Counted from the first letter of the stretch, positions 1 to 10,291 are shown. The stretch is 64,000 bases of DNA from Candidatus Omnitrophota bacterium (GCA_022703055.1 JAKLEP010000003.1:214238-278237); one strand, 5' to 3'. Notes: generated from the sequence alone by a model not told the origin. Translations and numbers: made by a program.

Positions 1-71
1 GTTACCGGCTTATCAATAACAATAAAATCATTACCGCTTGCCACCATCTTGGTAAAGTTTATTTTCTTCAT
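1..71 (-). CDS. dapF: diaminopimelate epimerase, first 23 codons only (gene runs off the left edge)
   Basis: Not in ORF track. Reverse complement of 1-71 reads MKKINFTKMVASGNDFIVIDKPV; F-x-K-M-x-x-x-GNDF-x-V-x-D is the DapF N-terminal signature. ATG (71-69) overlaps the lysA stop as ATGA. Confidence 0.55.
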   Translation of the reverse strand, partial: MKKINFTKMVASGNDFIVIDKPV

Positions 72-1327
72 TTTATAAAATTAGGTATGGTCTCGCCTTC
101 AACCAGATCTTGATAGGACTGCCTTTTCCTGATTACCGCAAACTTACTCCCCTTAGCCAGAATTTCGCAAGTGCGCTTCCTGCTGTTATAATTTGAAGAC
201 ATACTGAAGCCATAAGCCCCGGCGCTCATAATAGCTAGTAGGTCTCCTTCATTAGGCAGGCACATCTTACGATTTTTAGCAAAAAAATCTCCGCTTTCGC
301 AAATTGGGCCAACAACATCCACCGCCTTTATCGGCCTGGAAGAATATTTATTTAAGGGCAAAATCTCATGATAAGCCTGATAAAGCGAAGGCCTAATCAA
401 ATCATTCATCCCGGCATCAACGATAACAAATGTTTTCTCAACCGACTTCTTAATATAAAGCACCTTGGTGACTAAAATTCCGGCATTTCCCACGATAAAC
501 CTTCCTGGCTCCAGGATAATCTTCAAGCCTGTCTTTTTTAGAAGCGGTAAGACCGCTTGGGCAAACTGATCGGCAGTCTGCGGCTTTTCATCCTTATAAA
601 TTATTCCCAAGCCACCGCCGATATTTAAATATTCTAACCTGATGCCCAAAAACCTAAGATTATCTATAAAACGGATGACTCTTCTGATAGCGTCTAGGAA
701 TGGTGCCCCGTCAATAATCTGCGAACCGATATGCATGTGTATACCATTTATATTTAGATTACCGAATCTTGAACGCTGCTCAAAAATCTTTCGCGCTGTC
801 AAGAAATCCATACCGAACTTGTTGGTGAGCTTCCCTGTAGTTATATATTGATGCGTTCCCGGCTCAACATCAGGATTGATGCGGATTGCAACCTGTGTGA
901 CTTTATTAAGCCTGTGCGATGCCTCATTTATTAAGTCTAATTCGGGCAGCGACTCAACATTAAAGAATAAGATTCCTTTTTTGATTGCCTCAAGGATCTC
1001 TTCTTCGGTCTTTCCTACGCTGGCATAGACAATGCGATTTCCTGGGCAGCCGACTTTTAAGGCCTTAAATAGTTCTCCGCCGGAAACAATATCTAGGCCT
1101 GCGCCGGCATTAACCAAAGCACGGACTAATGCCAGGCTGGAATTTGCCTTCATAGAAAAACAAATCAAAGGATCGATATCCTTAAATGCCCTCTGTATCT
1201 TCCTGAAATGATCGAGAAGCGTCTTATGGCTATAAAGATAAAATGGCGTGCCTACTTTCCTAGCCACGGATTCAACATTTAAAGACTCACAGTAAAACCT
1301 ATTTCCTATATACTTAAAATCGTGCAT
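68..1327 (-). CDS. lysA: diaminopimelate decarboxylase
   Basis: 419 aa; PLP-dependent Orn/DAP/Arg decarboxylase fold blocks (TPFYLY, FSMKAN, HMHIGSQ, GGGLG, ESGD) typical of LysA. Confidence 0.9.
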   Translation of the reverse strand: MHDFKYIGNRFYCESLNVESVARKVGTPFYLYSHKTLLDHFRKIQRAFKDIDPLICFSMKANSSLALVRALVNAGAGLDIVSGGELFKALKVGCPGNRIVYASVGKTEEEILEAIKKGILFFNVESLPELDLINEASHRLNKVTQVAIRINPDVEPGTHQYITTGKLTNKFGMDFLTARKIFEQRSRFGNLNINGIHMHIGSQIIDGAPFLDAIRRVIRFIDNLRFLGIRLEYLNIGGGLGIIYKDEKPQTADQFAQAVLPLLKKTGLKIILEPGRFIVGNAGILVTKVLYIKKSVEKTFVIVDAGMNDLIRPSLYQAYHEILPLNKYSSRPIKAVDVVGPICESGDFFAKNRKMCLPNEGDLLAIMSAGAYGFSMSSNYNSRKRTCEILAKGSKFAVIRKRQSYQDLVEGETIPNFIK

Positions 1328-2696
1328 TTAATCTTTTCTTCCAATTCTCAATTTGTTTTTTTACTAAAACGGGGTTTGTTGAGCCATATGATCTCTTTAA
1401 ACTTACAGAAACTTTGGCATTCAGTAAATTCTTAAAATCCGTACTAAATTTATCTGAATATTTCTTTAACTCTTCTAATCTTAATCCGGAAATACATATT
1501 CCTTTATCTAGGCAGTTTCTGACCATCCTTCCTACGGTGTCATGCGCCTGTCTATAGGAAACTCCTTTTTTAATCAGGTATTCCATTACATCAACGGAAA
1601 AAAGCGACTCATCATCTATCCTTTTGGCGATAGATGTTTTATTCACTTTGATATTCTTAAACAGCTCTGCGAAAATCACCAATATCTCCTTCACAGTATC
1701 GACGGCATTGAATAAAGGAGGCTTGTCCAACTGCATATCCCGGTTATATGATAAAGGCAGGCCCTTCATCATAATTAAAACATTGGATAAATCTCCTTGA
1801 ATTTTCCCCACGCTGCCTCTAATCAATTCCAAGATGTCAGGATTTTTTTTATGTGGCATTATCGAGGAACCGGTGCAAAAACTCCAGTCGATTTCCACAA
1901 AATCGAATTCTTTAGTAGACCATAAAATCAGGTCTTCTGCAAGCCGTGATAAATGTACCGATAAAATCGCCAAGTCCGATAGCGTCTCCATAACAAAATC
2001 TCTATCGGAGATAGAATCAATACTATTGCTAGTCACTTGGCTGAATTTCAATTCTTTGGTCACAAAAACTCTATCGGTCTGCAGGGTCGTTCCGCTCAGG
2101 GCGCAACTGCCTAACGGCATCACATCGGTTCTTTTGTACGTATCATTCAATCTTTCGACATCCCGCTGAAGCATCTCTAAATACGCAAGAAGATGATGCG
2201 CCAAAAGAACAACTTGCGCCGGCTGTAAATGCGTATATGCGGGAATAATTACATCATTATTTTTTTGTGCAAATTTTAAAATCGAAACTTGCAAATCCTT
2301 TGTTAATGTAACAAGGTTTTTTAGCTCTGCCAAAGTATACATTTTCATATCCAGGGCAATCTGGTCATTTCTTGATCGCGCCGTATGAAGTTTATCGGCA
2401 ACTAACCCGATTTTCTTATTTAAGGCATTCTGGATATTTGTATGGATATCTTCTGCCTTTGTATCAAATTTAAATCTTCCGGATAAAATCTCTTCCAGAA
2501 TAGCATTCAAGCCACCAACTATCTTCTGCGATTCTTTTAAGCTTATGATTCCACACTTACCCAGCATTTTCGCGTGAGCAATGCTGCCTTTTACATCATG
2601 TATCGACAATCTTTTATCAAAGGCGATACTAGAAGAGAATTGATCGGCCAGACTGCTTGTATTTTTGGCAAATCTGCTTCCCCAAAGCTTCTTCAT
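1314..2696 (-). CDS. argH: argininosuccinate lyase
   Basis: 460 aa; N-terminus KLWGSRF..., fumarate-lyase signature GSSIMPHKKNP, length typical of ArgH. Confidence 0.9.
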   Translation of the reverse strand: MKKLWGSRFAKNTSSLADQFSSSIAFDKRLSIHDVKGSIAHAKMLGKCGIISLKESQKIVGGLNAILEEILSGRFKFDTKAEDIHTNIQNALNKKIGLVADKLHTARSRNDQIALDMKMYTLAELKNLVTLTKDLQVSILKFAQKNNDVIIPAYTHLQPAQVVLLAHHLLAYLEMLQRDVERLNDTYKRTDVMPLGSCALSGTTLQTDRVFVTKELKFSQVTSNSIDSISDRDFVMETLSDLAILSVHLSRLAEDLILWSTKEFDFVEIDWSFCTGSSIMPHKKNPDILELIRGSVGKIQGDLSNVLIMMKGLPLSYNRDMQLDKPPLFNAVDTVKEILVIFAELFKNIKVNKTSIAKRIDDESLFSVDVMEYLIKKGVSYRQAHDTVGRMVRNCLDKGICISGLRLEELKKYSDKFSTDFKNLLNAKVSVSLKRSYGSTNPVLVKKQIENWKKRLNARF

Positions 2697-3811
2697 TTTA
2701 CTCCTTTAATTGAACTATAAGTTACCAATTTCTTATTATACAAAGAATATTTTGATTTTCTCCCCACCGCAACACAGCTTCCTTTATACAATTTTAACCG
2801 TATGGTTCCGGTGATATTCTTTTGAGTCTGGTTGATAAATTTATCCAAAGCTTTTTTCTCTTTGATAAACCATCTGCCGGCATAAATCAGCTTGGCGTAT
2901 TTTATGGCGATTAATTCCTTATTATGCTGCGTGTCGCCGTCTAAGACCATGCTCTCAAGTTCTTTGTGCGCCAAATGCAAAATTGTTCCTGCCGGCGCTT
3001 CGTAAATCTCTCTGGATTTTAACCCGATTACTCTGTTTTCAATCGAATCTGCTCTGCCGATTCCGTGCTTTGAGCCGATGTCATTAAGCTTCTTAATCAA
3101 ATTTATCAGAGAATAGCTTTTACCGTTAATATTCTTGGGCTCACCTTTTTCAAAATAAATCTCTACATATTCAGGCTTTGATGGCGCATCTTCCGGAGCG
3201 CTCGTCCACTGATATGCGCTCTTGGGCGGCTCGGCCCAAGGATCTTCCAAAGCGCCGCACTCAATACTTACTCCCCAGAGATTTTTGTCGATACTGTAAA
3301 TCTTTTTCTTAGTGACATCTATTGGGATTCTTTTATTTTTGGCGTAATCAATCTCTTCTTCTCGAGATTTCAAATCCCAGATTTTTACTGGCGCGATAGT
3401 TTTTAATTTTGGATCCAGAGTCTTGGTTCCGCCTTCGAATCTGACCTGGTCGTTTCCTTTTCCCGTACAACCGTGAGCCACATATTTTGCCTTTTCTTTA
3501 TGGGCGATATCCACCAAATATTTTACAATCAATGGCCGGCCCAAAGCCGTAGCCAATAAATATTTGCCTTCATAAATCGCATCAGCCTTTAAAGTGGGTA
3601 GTATAAAATCCTTAACAAATTCCTGTCTTAAATCTTTAACGTAGACCTTGGAAGCTCCGGTTTTTATCGCCCGGACTTTAATCTTATTTAAATTCTCTTG
3701 CTGGCCGAGATCAGCGATAAAACAGATGACTTTAAATCCTCTTTCTTTAAGCCAAGTCACGCAACAGGAAGTATCCAGGCCTCCTGAATATGCTAAAAGA
3801 ACTTTCTTCAT
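2693..3811 (-). CDS. argG: argininosuccinate synthase
   Basis: 372 aa; AYSGGLDTS ATP-PPase motif at N-terminus, ArgG blocks (GCTGKGNDQVRF, ENR..G.KSRE). 4-nt overlap with argH. Confidence 0.9.
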   Translation of the reverse strand: MKKVLLAYSGGLDTSCCVTWLKERGFKVICFIADLGQQENLNKIKVRAIKTGASKVYVKDLRQEFVKDFILPTLKADAIYEGKYLLATALGRPLIVKYLVDIAHKEKAKYVAHGCTGKGNDQVRFEGGTKTLDPKLKTIAPVKIWDLKSREEEIDYAKNKRIPIDVTKKKIYSIDKNLWGVSIECGALEDPWAEPPKSAYQWTSAPEDAPSKPEYVEIYFEKGEPKNINGKSYSLINLIKKLNDIGSKHGIGRADSIENRVIGLKSREIYEAPAGTILHLAHKELESMVLDGDTQHNKELIAIKYAKLIYAGRWFIKEKKALDKFINQTQKNITGTIRLKLYKGSCVAVGRKSKYSLYNKKLVTYSSIKGVK

Positions 3812-3826
3812 TATATCATCCCCAAT

Positions 3827-4213
3827 TTAACTTTCTATGCCAGATTCTTTGATAATATCTGAATAGCGTTTCATTATTAGAAAGAAGCTTAAACAAAATA
3901 CACCGCTAGTAAAAAATAACGCTGGGTACAACCTTAAAAACAACCCATTTGAATCAAGCACGTACATATAAAATTTCCTTAAAGAAATCAGAAGCGTATT
4001 TTTTATCCTTAACTCTAATTCTGTATTTGTATTAACGGCACTTATCTTCATTATCGTTTTTACATAGGCCTTACCTACCGAAGTTTCAATTTTACCAACA
4101 AGTACTAGCGGCACAATAATCGAAGCCAAAAAAGAGGCCAAGCCAAATATCAAAAAGAAATACCGTAAGGCCTTTGAGCCCCTTAGAAACTTCTTACTCT
4201 TCTCAGTTATCAT
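3827..4213 (-). CDS. hypothetical membrane protein (2-3 predicted TM helices)
   Basis: ORF-track frame 3827-4288. I prefer the internal ATG at 4213 (MITEKSKKF...) because the longer form overlaps argF. Hydrophobic segments only, no recognisable family. Confidence 0.4.
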   Translation of the reverse strand: MITEKSKKFLRGSKALRYFFLIFGLASFLASIIVPLVLVGKIETSVGKAYVKTIMKISAVNTNTELELRIKNTLLISLRKFYMYVLDSNGLFLRLYPALFFTSGVFCLSFFLIMKRYSDIIKESGIES

Positions 4214-4226
4214 ATTAGCCTCCGTA

Positions 4227-5123
4227 TTATGCCAATAAAAATAATAAAATTGCCTTTTGGACGTGTAATCTATTTTCTGCCTGGTCAAAAACTATGGAGT
4301 TTTTGCTATCCATGACGTCAGATGAGACCTCTTCTCCCCGATGTGCCGGCAGACAATGCATAAATAAATAATTCTTTCTTGCCTTTGAAACTAATTTTCC
4401 ATTTATCTGGAAATCCTTAAAAATCCTTCTTCTTTCCTCAGCCTCTGATTCCTCTCCCATGCTCGCCCAGACATCAGTATAGATAACATCCGCCGACTCA
4501 ACAGCTTCATTAGGATTGTTGGATATATTTTTTAATGAGAACCCTGATTCTCTAACCACCTTTTTGTTCGGCTCATAGTCTTTGGGCGTGGCGACTTTCA
4601 AATCCACACCTAATTTTGCGCAGCCATACATCAAAGAATGACAGACATTATTTCCATCGCCGATATAAGCAAGCTTTATACCTTTGAGCTTCCCTAGCTT
4701 TTCTTTGATGGTAAACAAATCCGCCAAACCTTGGCAAGGATGAGAAAGATCGCTTAAGCCGTTTATCACCGGAATTTTAGAATACTTTGCCAGATCCAAG
4801 ACATCGCTGTGTTTAAAGGTTCTAGCTACGATTGCATCCAGGTATCTTGATAATGTTTTGGCGACATCCTCAACCGTTTCTCTTACCCCTAGATTGATTT
4901 CGCCAGGACCAAGATAAATGCAGTTTCCACCTAGTTGCCAAACTCCCACCTCAAAGGAAACCCGGGTTCTATTCGATGGCTTCTGAAATATCAGGGCAAC
5001 AGATTTGCCTTTAAGTTTATTGGCGTAAGCTGACTTATTCTTTTTGATCTTGGATGCCAGATCAAAAATACCTTCGATCTCTTTTGCTGATAAATCATTA
5101 ATACTAATTAGGTCTTTTTTCAT
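4227..5123 (-). CDS. argF: ornithine carbamoyltransferase
   Basis: 298 aa; carbamoyl-phosphate motif SNRTR, HPCQ and HCLP motifs of OTCase. Confidence 0.9.
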   Translation of the reverse strand: MKKDLISINDLSAKEIEGIFDLASKIKKNKSAYANKLKGKSVALIFQKPSNRTRVSFEVGVWQLGGNCIYLGPGEINLGVRETVEDVAKTLSRYLDAIVARTFKHSDVLDLAKYSKIPVINGLSDLSHPCQGLADLFTIKEKLGKLKGIKLAYIGDGNNVCHSLMYGCAKLGVDLKVATPKDYEPNKKVVRESGFSLKNISNNPNEAVESADVIYTDVWASMGEESEAEERRRIFKDFQINGKLVSKARKNYLFMHCLPAHRGEEVSSDVMDSKNSIVFDQAENRLHVQKAILLFLLA

Positions 5124-5134
5124 ATTTTCCTTTG

Positions 5135-6307
5135 TTAACTTAAAACTTTATCCAGAATATACATCGCTTTATCGATCTGCTTTTTGGTCACATTTAACGC
5201 CGGCATAAGTCTTAAGACCTTTTCATGCGTGCAATTAATCAACATCCCTTGTTCGAGAGCCTTTTCTACAATCGATTTTCCTTCGATGTTCAATTCCACA
5301 CCAAACATAAATCCCATGCCTCGGATATCGACGATAGAATTATGCTTTTTCTTTAATTCTTGCAGTTTATCAAAAATATATCCGCTCATCTTATTGACAT
5401 TGGTAAGCATCTTTTCTTTTTGTATCGCCTTTAATACACCTAAAGCCGCTTTGCAGACTAAAGGACTTCCGCCGAAAGTTGAAGCGTGCGTTCCTGGGCC
5501 AAGCGTATCAGATATTTTTCTTTTTACTACCATTACTCCGATTGGTAGTCCGCCACCGAGAGCTTTAGCTAAAGTCATGATATCCGGCTCAATTCCGTAA
5601 TTCTGGAAAGCAAACATCTTGCCGGTTCTGCCCACGCCAGTCTGGACTTCATCCAAAATCAAAAGCAGGTCTTTTTCATCGCAAAGTTTTCTTAAAGCCA
5701 AAACAAAATTCTTATCGGCGATATTTATTCCGCCTTCGCCCTGAATCAACTCAAGCATAATAGCGATGGTCTTATCGCTAATGGCATTTTTGACTTCATT
5801 GAGATTATTGAATTCAACTATCTTAAAGCCCTCAGGTAAGGGCGCGAAACCTTTTTTGTATTTGTCCTGCCCAGTAGCCGTTAAAGCTGCCAGCGTTCTA
5901 CCATGAAAAGAATTCTTAAAAGTAATGATTTCATATCTTTTTTCTTTGCCATATGCCCGGGCTAATTTTATCGCGCCCTCGTTGGCTTCAGCCCCGGAAT
6001 TACAGAAAAATACTTTGCCGTCAAACGACCAATAAATAATCTCTTTTGCAAGCTTAGCCTGTTGCGGATTAAAAAAATTATTAGGAAAATGAATAAGCTT
6101 GCCCACCTGATCCCGGACTGCCGATAAAACGTCAGGATGGCAGTGGCCGACATTGCTTACGCCCCACCCTGGGAAAAAATCAAGATACTCTTTGCCGTCG
6201 ATATCCCAGATTCGCGAGCCCTTGCCTTTTACAAAGATGATATTAAACCGAGTATAAGTCGGTAGGATATAATCTCTATAAGCGTCAAAAATTTCCTGTT
6301 TTTTCAT
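5135..6307 (-). CDS. argD: acetylornithine aminotransferase
   Basis: 390 aa; class-III aminotransferase blocks (NSGAEANE, DEVQTG.GRTG, TFGG.P), located between argB and argF. Confidence 0.85.
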   Translation of the reverse strand: MKKQEIFDAYRDYILPTYTRFNIIFVKGKGSRIWDIDGKEYLDFFPGWGVSNVGHCHPDVLSAVRDQVGKLIHFPNNFFNPQQAKLAKEIIYWSFDGKVFFCNSGAEANEGAIKLARAYGKEKRYEIITFKNSFHGRTLAALTATGQDKYKKGFAPLPEGFKIVEFNNLNEVKNAISDKTIAIMLELIQGEGGINIADKNFVLALRKLCDEKDLLLILDEVQTGVGRTGKMFAFQNYGIEPDIMTLAKALGGGLPIGVMVVKRKISDTLGPGTHASTFGGSPLVCKAALGVLKAIQKEKMLTNVNKMSGYIFDKLQELKKKHNSIVDIRGMGFMFGVELNIEGKSIVEKALEQGMLINCTHEKVLRLMPALNVTKKQIDKAMYILDKVLS

Positions 6308-7161
6308 GGCGTGATTTCCGTTCCAATACCTTCGTTAGTAAAGATTTCAAGAAGCAAAGCATGCGGAACCTTGGCATCAATAATATGGGTCTTTTTAACC
6401 CCGCCTTCTACAGTATGCAGGCATGCCTTAAGCTTGGGAATCATCCCCTCCTGGATTACCTGTTCTTTAATTAATGACTTTGCTTCCTTGATATTTAAAG
6501 ACGAAATAAATGATTCATGATCTTCGATATTTCTCATGACCCCTTTAACATTGGTCAATAATACGAATTTTTCAGCTCCCAATGCGACTGCGATAGCCGA
6601 AGCTGCTTCGTCGGCATTTACATTATAAAGCTGTCTTTTGGCATCCTTAGCCATTGGGCAAACCACAGGAATATGCACTCCTTTTAATCTTTCCATAATT
6701 TTTGGTTTGTTAATCGCGGATATTTCTCCTACAAAACCTAAATCAACCTTGCCTTTTAGCTCTTTCTTTTTGGCTCTAATTACTTCTCCCGACGCATTGA
6801 GGCTGCCTGCGTCGCCTTTTAAAGCTTTTATTTCCTTGACGATCAAATGATTTAATTTGACCAGCTCCTCTGCCACGACTTTTAGCGTCTCGGCGTCAGT
6901 AACTCTTATGCCGTCGTGAAATTGAGCCGGTTTTCCTATTTGTTTCATGGCCTCGGTTATGCTCGGGCCGCCGCCGTGGACCAATACCGGTTTTATCCCC
7001 ACAAAACTCAAGAAAACTATATCTTCTAAAACGCTTTTGCGGATTTTCTCATCGCCCAAAATGCTTCCGCCGTATTTGATGACAAAAATCTTCTTGCGGA
7101 ATTCATGGATGTACGGAAGCGCCTCAATCAAAACATCGGCTTTTTTAATTATATCTTGCAT
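6304..7161 (-). CDS. argB: acetylglutamate kinase
   Basis: 285 aa; amino-acid-kinase family, VIKYGG and VHGGGP motifs; overlaps argD by 4 nt. Confidence 0.9.
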   Translation of the reverse strand: MQDIIKKADVLIEALPYIHEFRKKIFVIKYGGSILGDEKIRKSVLEDIVFLSFVGIKPVLVHGGGPSITEAMKQIGKPAQFHDGIRVTDAETLKVVAEELVKLNHLIVKEIKALKGDAGSLNASGEVIRAKKKELKGKVDLGFVGEISAINKPKIMERLKGVHIPVVCPMAKDAKRQLYNVNADEAASAIAVALGAEKFVLLTNVKGVMRNIEDHESFISSLNIKEAKSLIKEQVIQEGMIPKLKACLHTVEGGVKKTHIIDAKVPHALLLEIFTNEGIGTEITP

Positions 7162-8275
7162 TAATCCTCACATATTCTTCGGATAAATCTGAAGTATAAA
7201 CCGTGGCTTCAGATTTACCCATTCCTAAATTTATATCAATTTTAATATTTTTCTTCTTCAATGAGCTGCAATTGACTTTAATTTTATCTTCAATAATATT
7301 TATTCCGGTTTGACCCAAGGCTGCAAAAATTCTGCCTAAGTTTCTATTCTCGCCATAAATCGCGGTCTTTAGAAGATTGGAATTGGCAACAGCAAAAGCC
7401 AAAGTTTTAGCGATTTTATCATTTTTTGCGCCGCTGACATTAATCTGAACAAATTTTGTCGCGCCTTCGGCGTCCTTAACAATCTTTTTGGCTAATTCTA
7501 AAAAAACATAGCTCAATGCCTGGGAAAATTCTTTTAAATCGGCACCATCGAGCTTCATATTTCTGGCTTTTCCGTTAGCAAGAACCAAAACCATGTCATT
7601 GGTGCTCATGCAGGCATCAATCGTAATAGAATTAAAGGAGTTATCTACAGATTCCTTGAGAAGCTTTTTTAATGCTTGCGATGGTATAGCCGCATCCGTC
7701 ACAATAAATGAAAGCATAGTTGCCATATTCGGAGCGATCATTCCAGCGCCTTTGGCGATACCGGTTATAGTCAACGATTTTCCGCCTACAGCGACCTTCA
7801 CAGAAACTTTTTTCGGCGCGGTATCAGTAGTCATAATCGCCGCTGCTACGTTATTAAGGCCGTTTTTATTTATTTTTTTAGTCAAATAGCTTATTCCGGT
7901 TTTAATTTTATCAATTGGCATGGGCTTACCGATAATTCCGGTGGAAGCAACTAAAACATCGCTGGTTTTTATATTTAACACCTTGGCAACGCTTGAAGCC
8001 ATGGCTTTAGCATCGTTCAATCCTTTGGCCTTGGTCATGCAATTAGCATTACCGCTATTAGCGATAATCGCCTGAGCCCGTCCATTTTTAATGTGTTGGG
8101 CTGTGATAATTACCGGCGCTGCTTTGATTTTATTAGTTGTAAACACTCCTACTGCCGTAGCCACGGAATCAGAATAAATCAAAGCCAAATCCTTTTTACC
8201 CGATCTTTTTATGCCGCAACTAATTCCTTCTGCTTTAAAACCAATAGGCAGGACTGCCTTACTCAAAATTTTCAT
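7145..8275 (-). CDS. argJ: bifunctional ornithine acetyltransferase / N-acetylglutamate synthase
   Basis: ArgJ blocks incl. autoprocessing site region ATMLSF(IVTDA). Start moved to ATG 8275 (MKILSKAVLPIGF...), which overlaps the argC stop as ATGA. Confidence 0.85.
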   Translation of the reverse strand: MKILSKAVLPIGFKAEGISCGIKRSGKKDLALIYSDSVATAVGVFTTNKIKAAPVIITAQHIKNGRAQAIIANSGNANCMTKAKGLNDAKAMASSVAKVLNIKTSDVLVASTGIIGKPMPIDKIKTGISYLTKKINKNGLNNVAAAIMTTDTAPKKVSVKVAVGGKSLTITGIAKGAGMIAPNMATMLSFIVTDAAIPSQALKKLLKESVDNSFNSITIDACMSTNDMVLVLANGKARNMKLDGADLKEFSQALSYVFLELAKKIVKDAEGATKFVQINVSGAKNDKIAKTLAFAVANSNLLKTAIYGENRNLGRIFAALGQTGINIIEDKIKVNCSSLKKKNIKIDINLGMGKSEATVYTSDLSEEYVRINARYN

Positions 8276-9294
8276 TTTAATCCGGTATCTTCCTTGAAGC
8301 CGCAAACAATATTCATATTCTGTACGGCCTGAGATGCTGCGCCTTTCATCAAGTTATCAATTGCCGCGACGATAATCAGCAATTTCTTATTCTTATCTAC
8401 CTTTATGCCGATATCGCAATAGTTGGCATCAAAAACGTTTCTGGTCTGAGGAACCTGCCCAGCATCATAAACTCTAACAAACTTTTCGGTTTTATAGAAT
8501 CTTTTATAAAGCGCTAAAATATCTTTCTCCGACTTAACTTTATTAAGTTTGACGTAAATCGTCTCCAAAATCCCCCTATTCATGGGAATAAGATGCGGCA
8601 CAAAAACCGCGTTGATCTTCTTTGAAGCCAGAATCGACAAAAACTGGTTTATCTCCGGCATATGCTGGTGCTCGTTGATTTTATAGGCTTTCAGGTTTTC
8701 ATTTATCTCGGAGAAAAAGAAATCCAAAGATGCTTTTCTTCCTGCGCCGGTTACTCCAGATTTTGCATCGATAATAATAGAATTTGTATCAACTATACCG
8801 GCAGTCAAGGCTGGAGCTAATGCTAAAATTGCTGCCGTCGGATAGCATCCGGGGTTAGCGATCAATTTCGCCTTCTTTATCCGTTCCCGATAAAGCTCAG
8901 GCAGTCCGTAAACTGCGATTCCTAAATTCTTTTTATCTTTATGAGCTAATCCATACCAAGTTTTATATTCTTCGGTATTTTTAAGCCGGTAATCAGCGCT
9001 TAAATCGATGACAACTTTATTAGCTTTTAAGAATATTGGCGCTATTTCCATAGAAATCTTATGTGGCACTGCCAAAAATATCAAATCGCATGATTTTATA
9101 GCTTTCTCGACGTCAAGATTATCGCAAACCAAGTCAATTTTCCCCGCAAATCGAGGGAAAATTTCCGATATTTTCTGCGCCTTATCTATCTTTGCACAGA
9201 TATAACTGATTCTTACCTGCGGATGCTTCAACAGAATATCAAGAATCTTCTCGCCGGTATATCCTGTGGCACCAACTACTCCTACATTTAACAT
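8272..9294 (-). CDS. argC: N-acetyl-gamma-glutamyl-phosphate reductase
   Basis: Start moved to ATG 9294 (MLNVGVVGATGYTG Rossmann N-terminus). Active-site block NPGCYPT. The track N-terminal extension has no homology-like features. Confidence 0.9.
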   Translation of the reverse strand: MLNVGVVGATGYTGEKILDILLKHPQVRISYICAKIDKAQKISEIFPRFAGKIDLVCDNLDVEKAIKSCDLIFLAVPHKISMEIAPIFLKANKVVIDLSADYRLKNTEEYKTWYGLAHKDKKNLGIAVYGLPELYRERIKKAKLIANPGCYPTAAILALAPALTAGIVDTNSIIIDAKSGVTGAGRKASLDFFFSEINENLKAYKINEHQHMPEINQFLSILASKKINAVFVPHLIPMNRGILETIYVKLNKVKSEKDILALYKRFYKTEKFVRVYDAGQVPQTRNVFDANYCDIGIKVDKNKKLLIIVAAIDNLMKGAASQAVQNMNIVCGFKEDTGLK

Positions 9295-9340
9295 ATTGCT
9301 ACCTTTCTTTGTCGACCAGAAAAAAATATTTAATATAATA

Positions 9341-9368
9341 ATGATATCATATTTCCTGACGAGGTCAA
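9341..9368 (-). promoter_or_regulatory. candidate sigma-70 promoter of the arg operon
   Basis: Minus strand TTGACC (9368-9363), 16-nt spacer, TATCAT (9346-9341); lies just after the rpsI terminator and 47 nt before the argC ATG. Confidence 0.3.
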
Positions 9369-9390
9369 CATAATTTTTCGTCGAGAAATA

Positions 9391-9422
9391 CAAATAAAAA
9401 CGCCATATTTTCATATGGCGTT
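9391..9422 (-). terminator. rho-independent terminator after rpsI
   Basis: Minus strand AACGCCATAT-GAAA-ATATGGCGTT (10-bp perfect stem, 9399-9422) followed by TTTTTATTT. Confidence 0.6.
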
Positions 9423-9449
9423 AAGGTTTTCGAAATTTTATCTATTTTG

Positions 9450-9854
9450 TTATCTCTTAGTCCACTGGAACCTTTTTCTTGCTCCTTTTTGGCCATATTT
9501 TTTGCGCTCTTTCATACGCGGATCGCGGCGCAGGAGCCCCTCTTTTTTCAATACAGGCCTGTTGGCCTCATTGAAAAATGCAAGAGCCCTAGATATGCCG
9601 AGCCTGAGTGCTCCGGCCTGGCCAGTTTTTCCTCCACCGACTAAATTTGCATTTATATCTATATTGGTTAACATGTTAGTAACCTCTAAGGGTTGTTTGA
9701 TCAAAATTCTGTCTGTTTCTCTGGGGAAATATTTCTCAAGGGTTTCGCCATTAACAACAATACCGCCTTTTCCGGCGGATAGCTTTACCCGTGCTATCGC
9801 GTTCTTGCGTCTTCCTGTTGCCCAAAAATCTGTCTTTGCTGCTGTTTCTACCAT
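9450..9854 (-). CDS. rpsI: 30S ribosomal protein S9
   Basis: 134 aa; ATGRRK.A.ARV start block and C-terminal KKYG..GARK..Q..KR tail typical of S9. Confidence 0.95.
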   Translation of the reverse strand: MVETAAKTDFWATGRRKNAIARVKLSAGKGGIVVNGETLEKYFPRETDRILIKQPLEVTNMLTNIDINANLVGGGKTGQAGALRLGISRALAFFNEANRPVLKKEGLLRRDPRMKERKKYGQKGARKRFQWTKR

Positions 9855-9859
9855 TAGAT

Positions 9860-10291
9860 TTATACCTCCAAAACTGCTGGGTTCTGCGCTTTGTGCGGAT
9901 GCGTTTCGCTGTCGTAAATCTTTAATTTTTTCAAAAGCTTTCTTCCTAAGTTGCTGCTGGGTAACATTCTTTTGACTGCCAATTCCAGGACTCTGCGCGG
10001 GCTTTTTTTGAGCATATTCTCTAAAGAGTATTCTTTCTTTCCGCCGGGATATCCGGAATAATGAAGATAGGTCTTATCCTTCAGTTTCTTTCCAGTCACC
10101 CTGATTTTGGCAGCATTAATCACAATCACGCTGTCGCCGGTGTCCAAGTGCGGGGTATAATAAGCCTTATCCTTCCCCTTTAATACGCTGGCAACCTTAG
10201 AGGCTAAGCGCCCTAAGATTTTATCCTTGGCGTCAACGATATACCAATTGTGTTCAATGTCTTTTTCTGTAGCTATGTAGGTTTTATTCAT
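9860..10291 (-). CDS. rplM: 50S ribosomal protein L13
   Basis: 143 aa; WY.VDA....GRLAS..A..L.GK block; conserved rplM-rpsI pair. Confidence 0.95.
   Translation of the reverse strand: MNKTYIATEKDIEHNWYIVDAKDKILGRLASKVASVLKGKDKAYYTPHLDTGDSVIVINAAKIRVTGKKLKDKTYLHYSGYPGGKKEYSLENMLKKSPRRVLELAVKRMLPSSNLGRKLLKKLKIYDSETHPHKAQNPAVLEV

Noticed and set aside
3827-4213. Membrane ORF embedded between argF and argG as a possible arginine/ornithine-related transporter
   Set aside because: It is only ~128 aa with 2-3 helices and no recognisable family. There is nothing in the sequence to support a function beyond its location.
9295-9414. Long N-terminal extensions suggested by the ORF track for argC (to 9414), argJ (to 8305), the PilZ gene (to 62977), the lipoprotein (to 31357) and the PAS-GGDEF gene (to 39516)
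   Set aside because: Internal ATGs give canonical N-termini (Rossmann GATGYTG, lipobox signal peptide and so on). They also remove overlaps with upstream genes or terminators and have better SD context.
9415-9975. 186-aa plus-strand ORF, and similar long plus-strand ORFs at 11132-11635, 26157-26693, 27102-27812 and 49004-49492
   Set aside because: All lie antisense to well-supported genes (rpsI/rplM, asd, smc, serS). Their Ser/Leu/Phe-rich, low-complexity translations are the expected mirror of Lys/Glu-rich sense frames. They have no start context or family resemblance.
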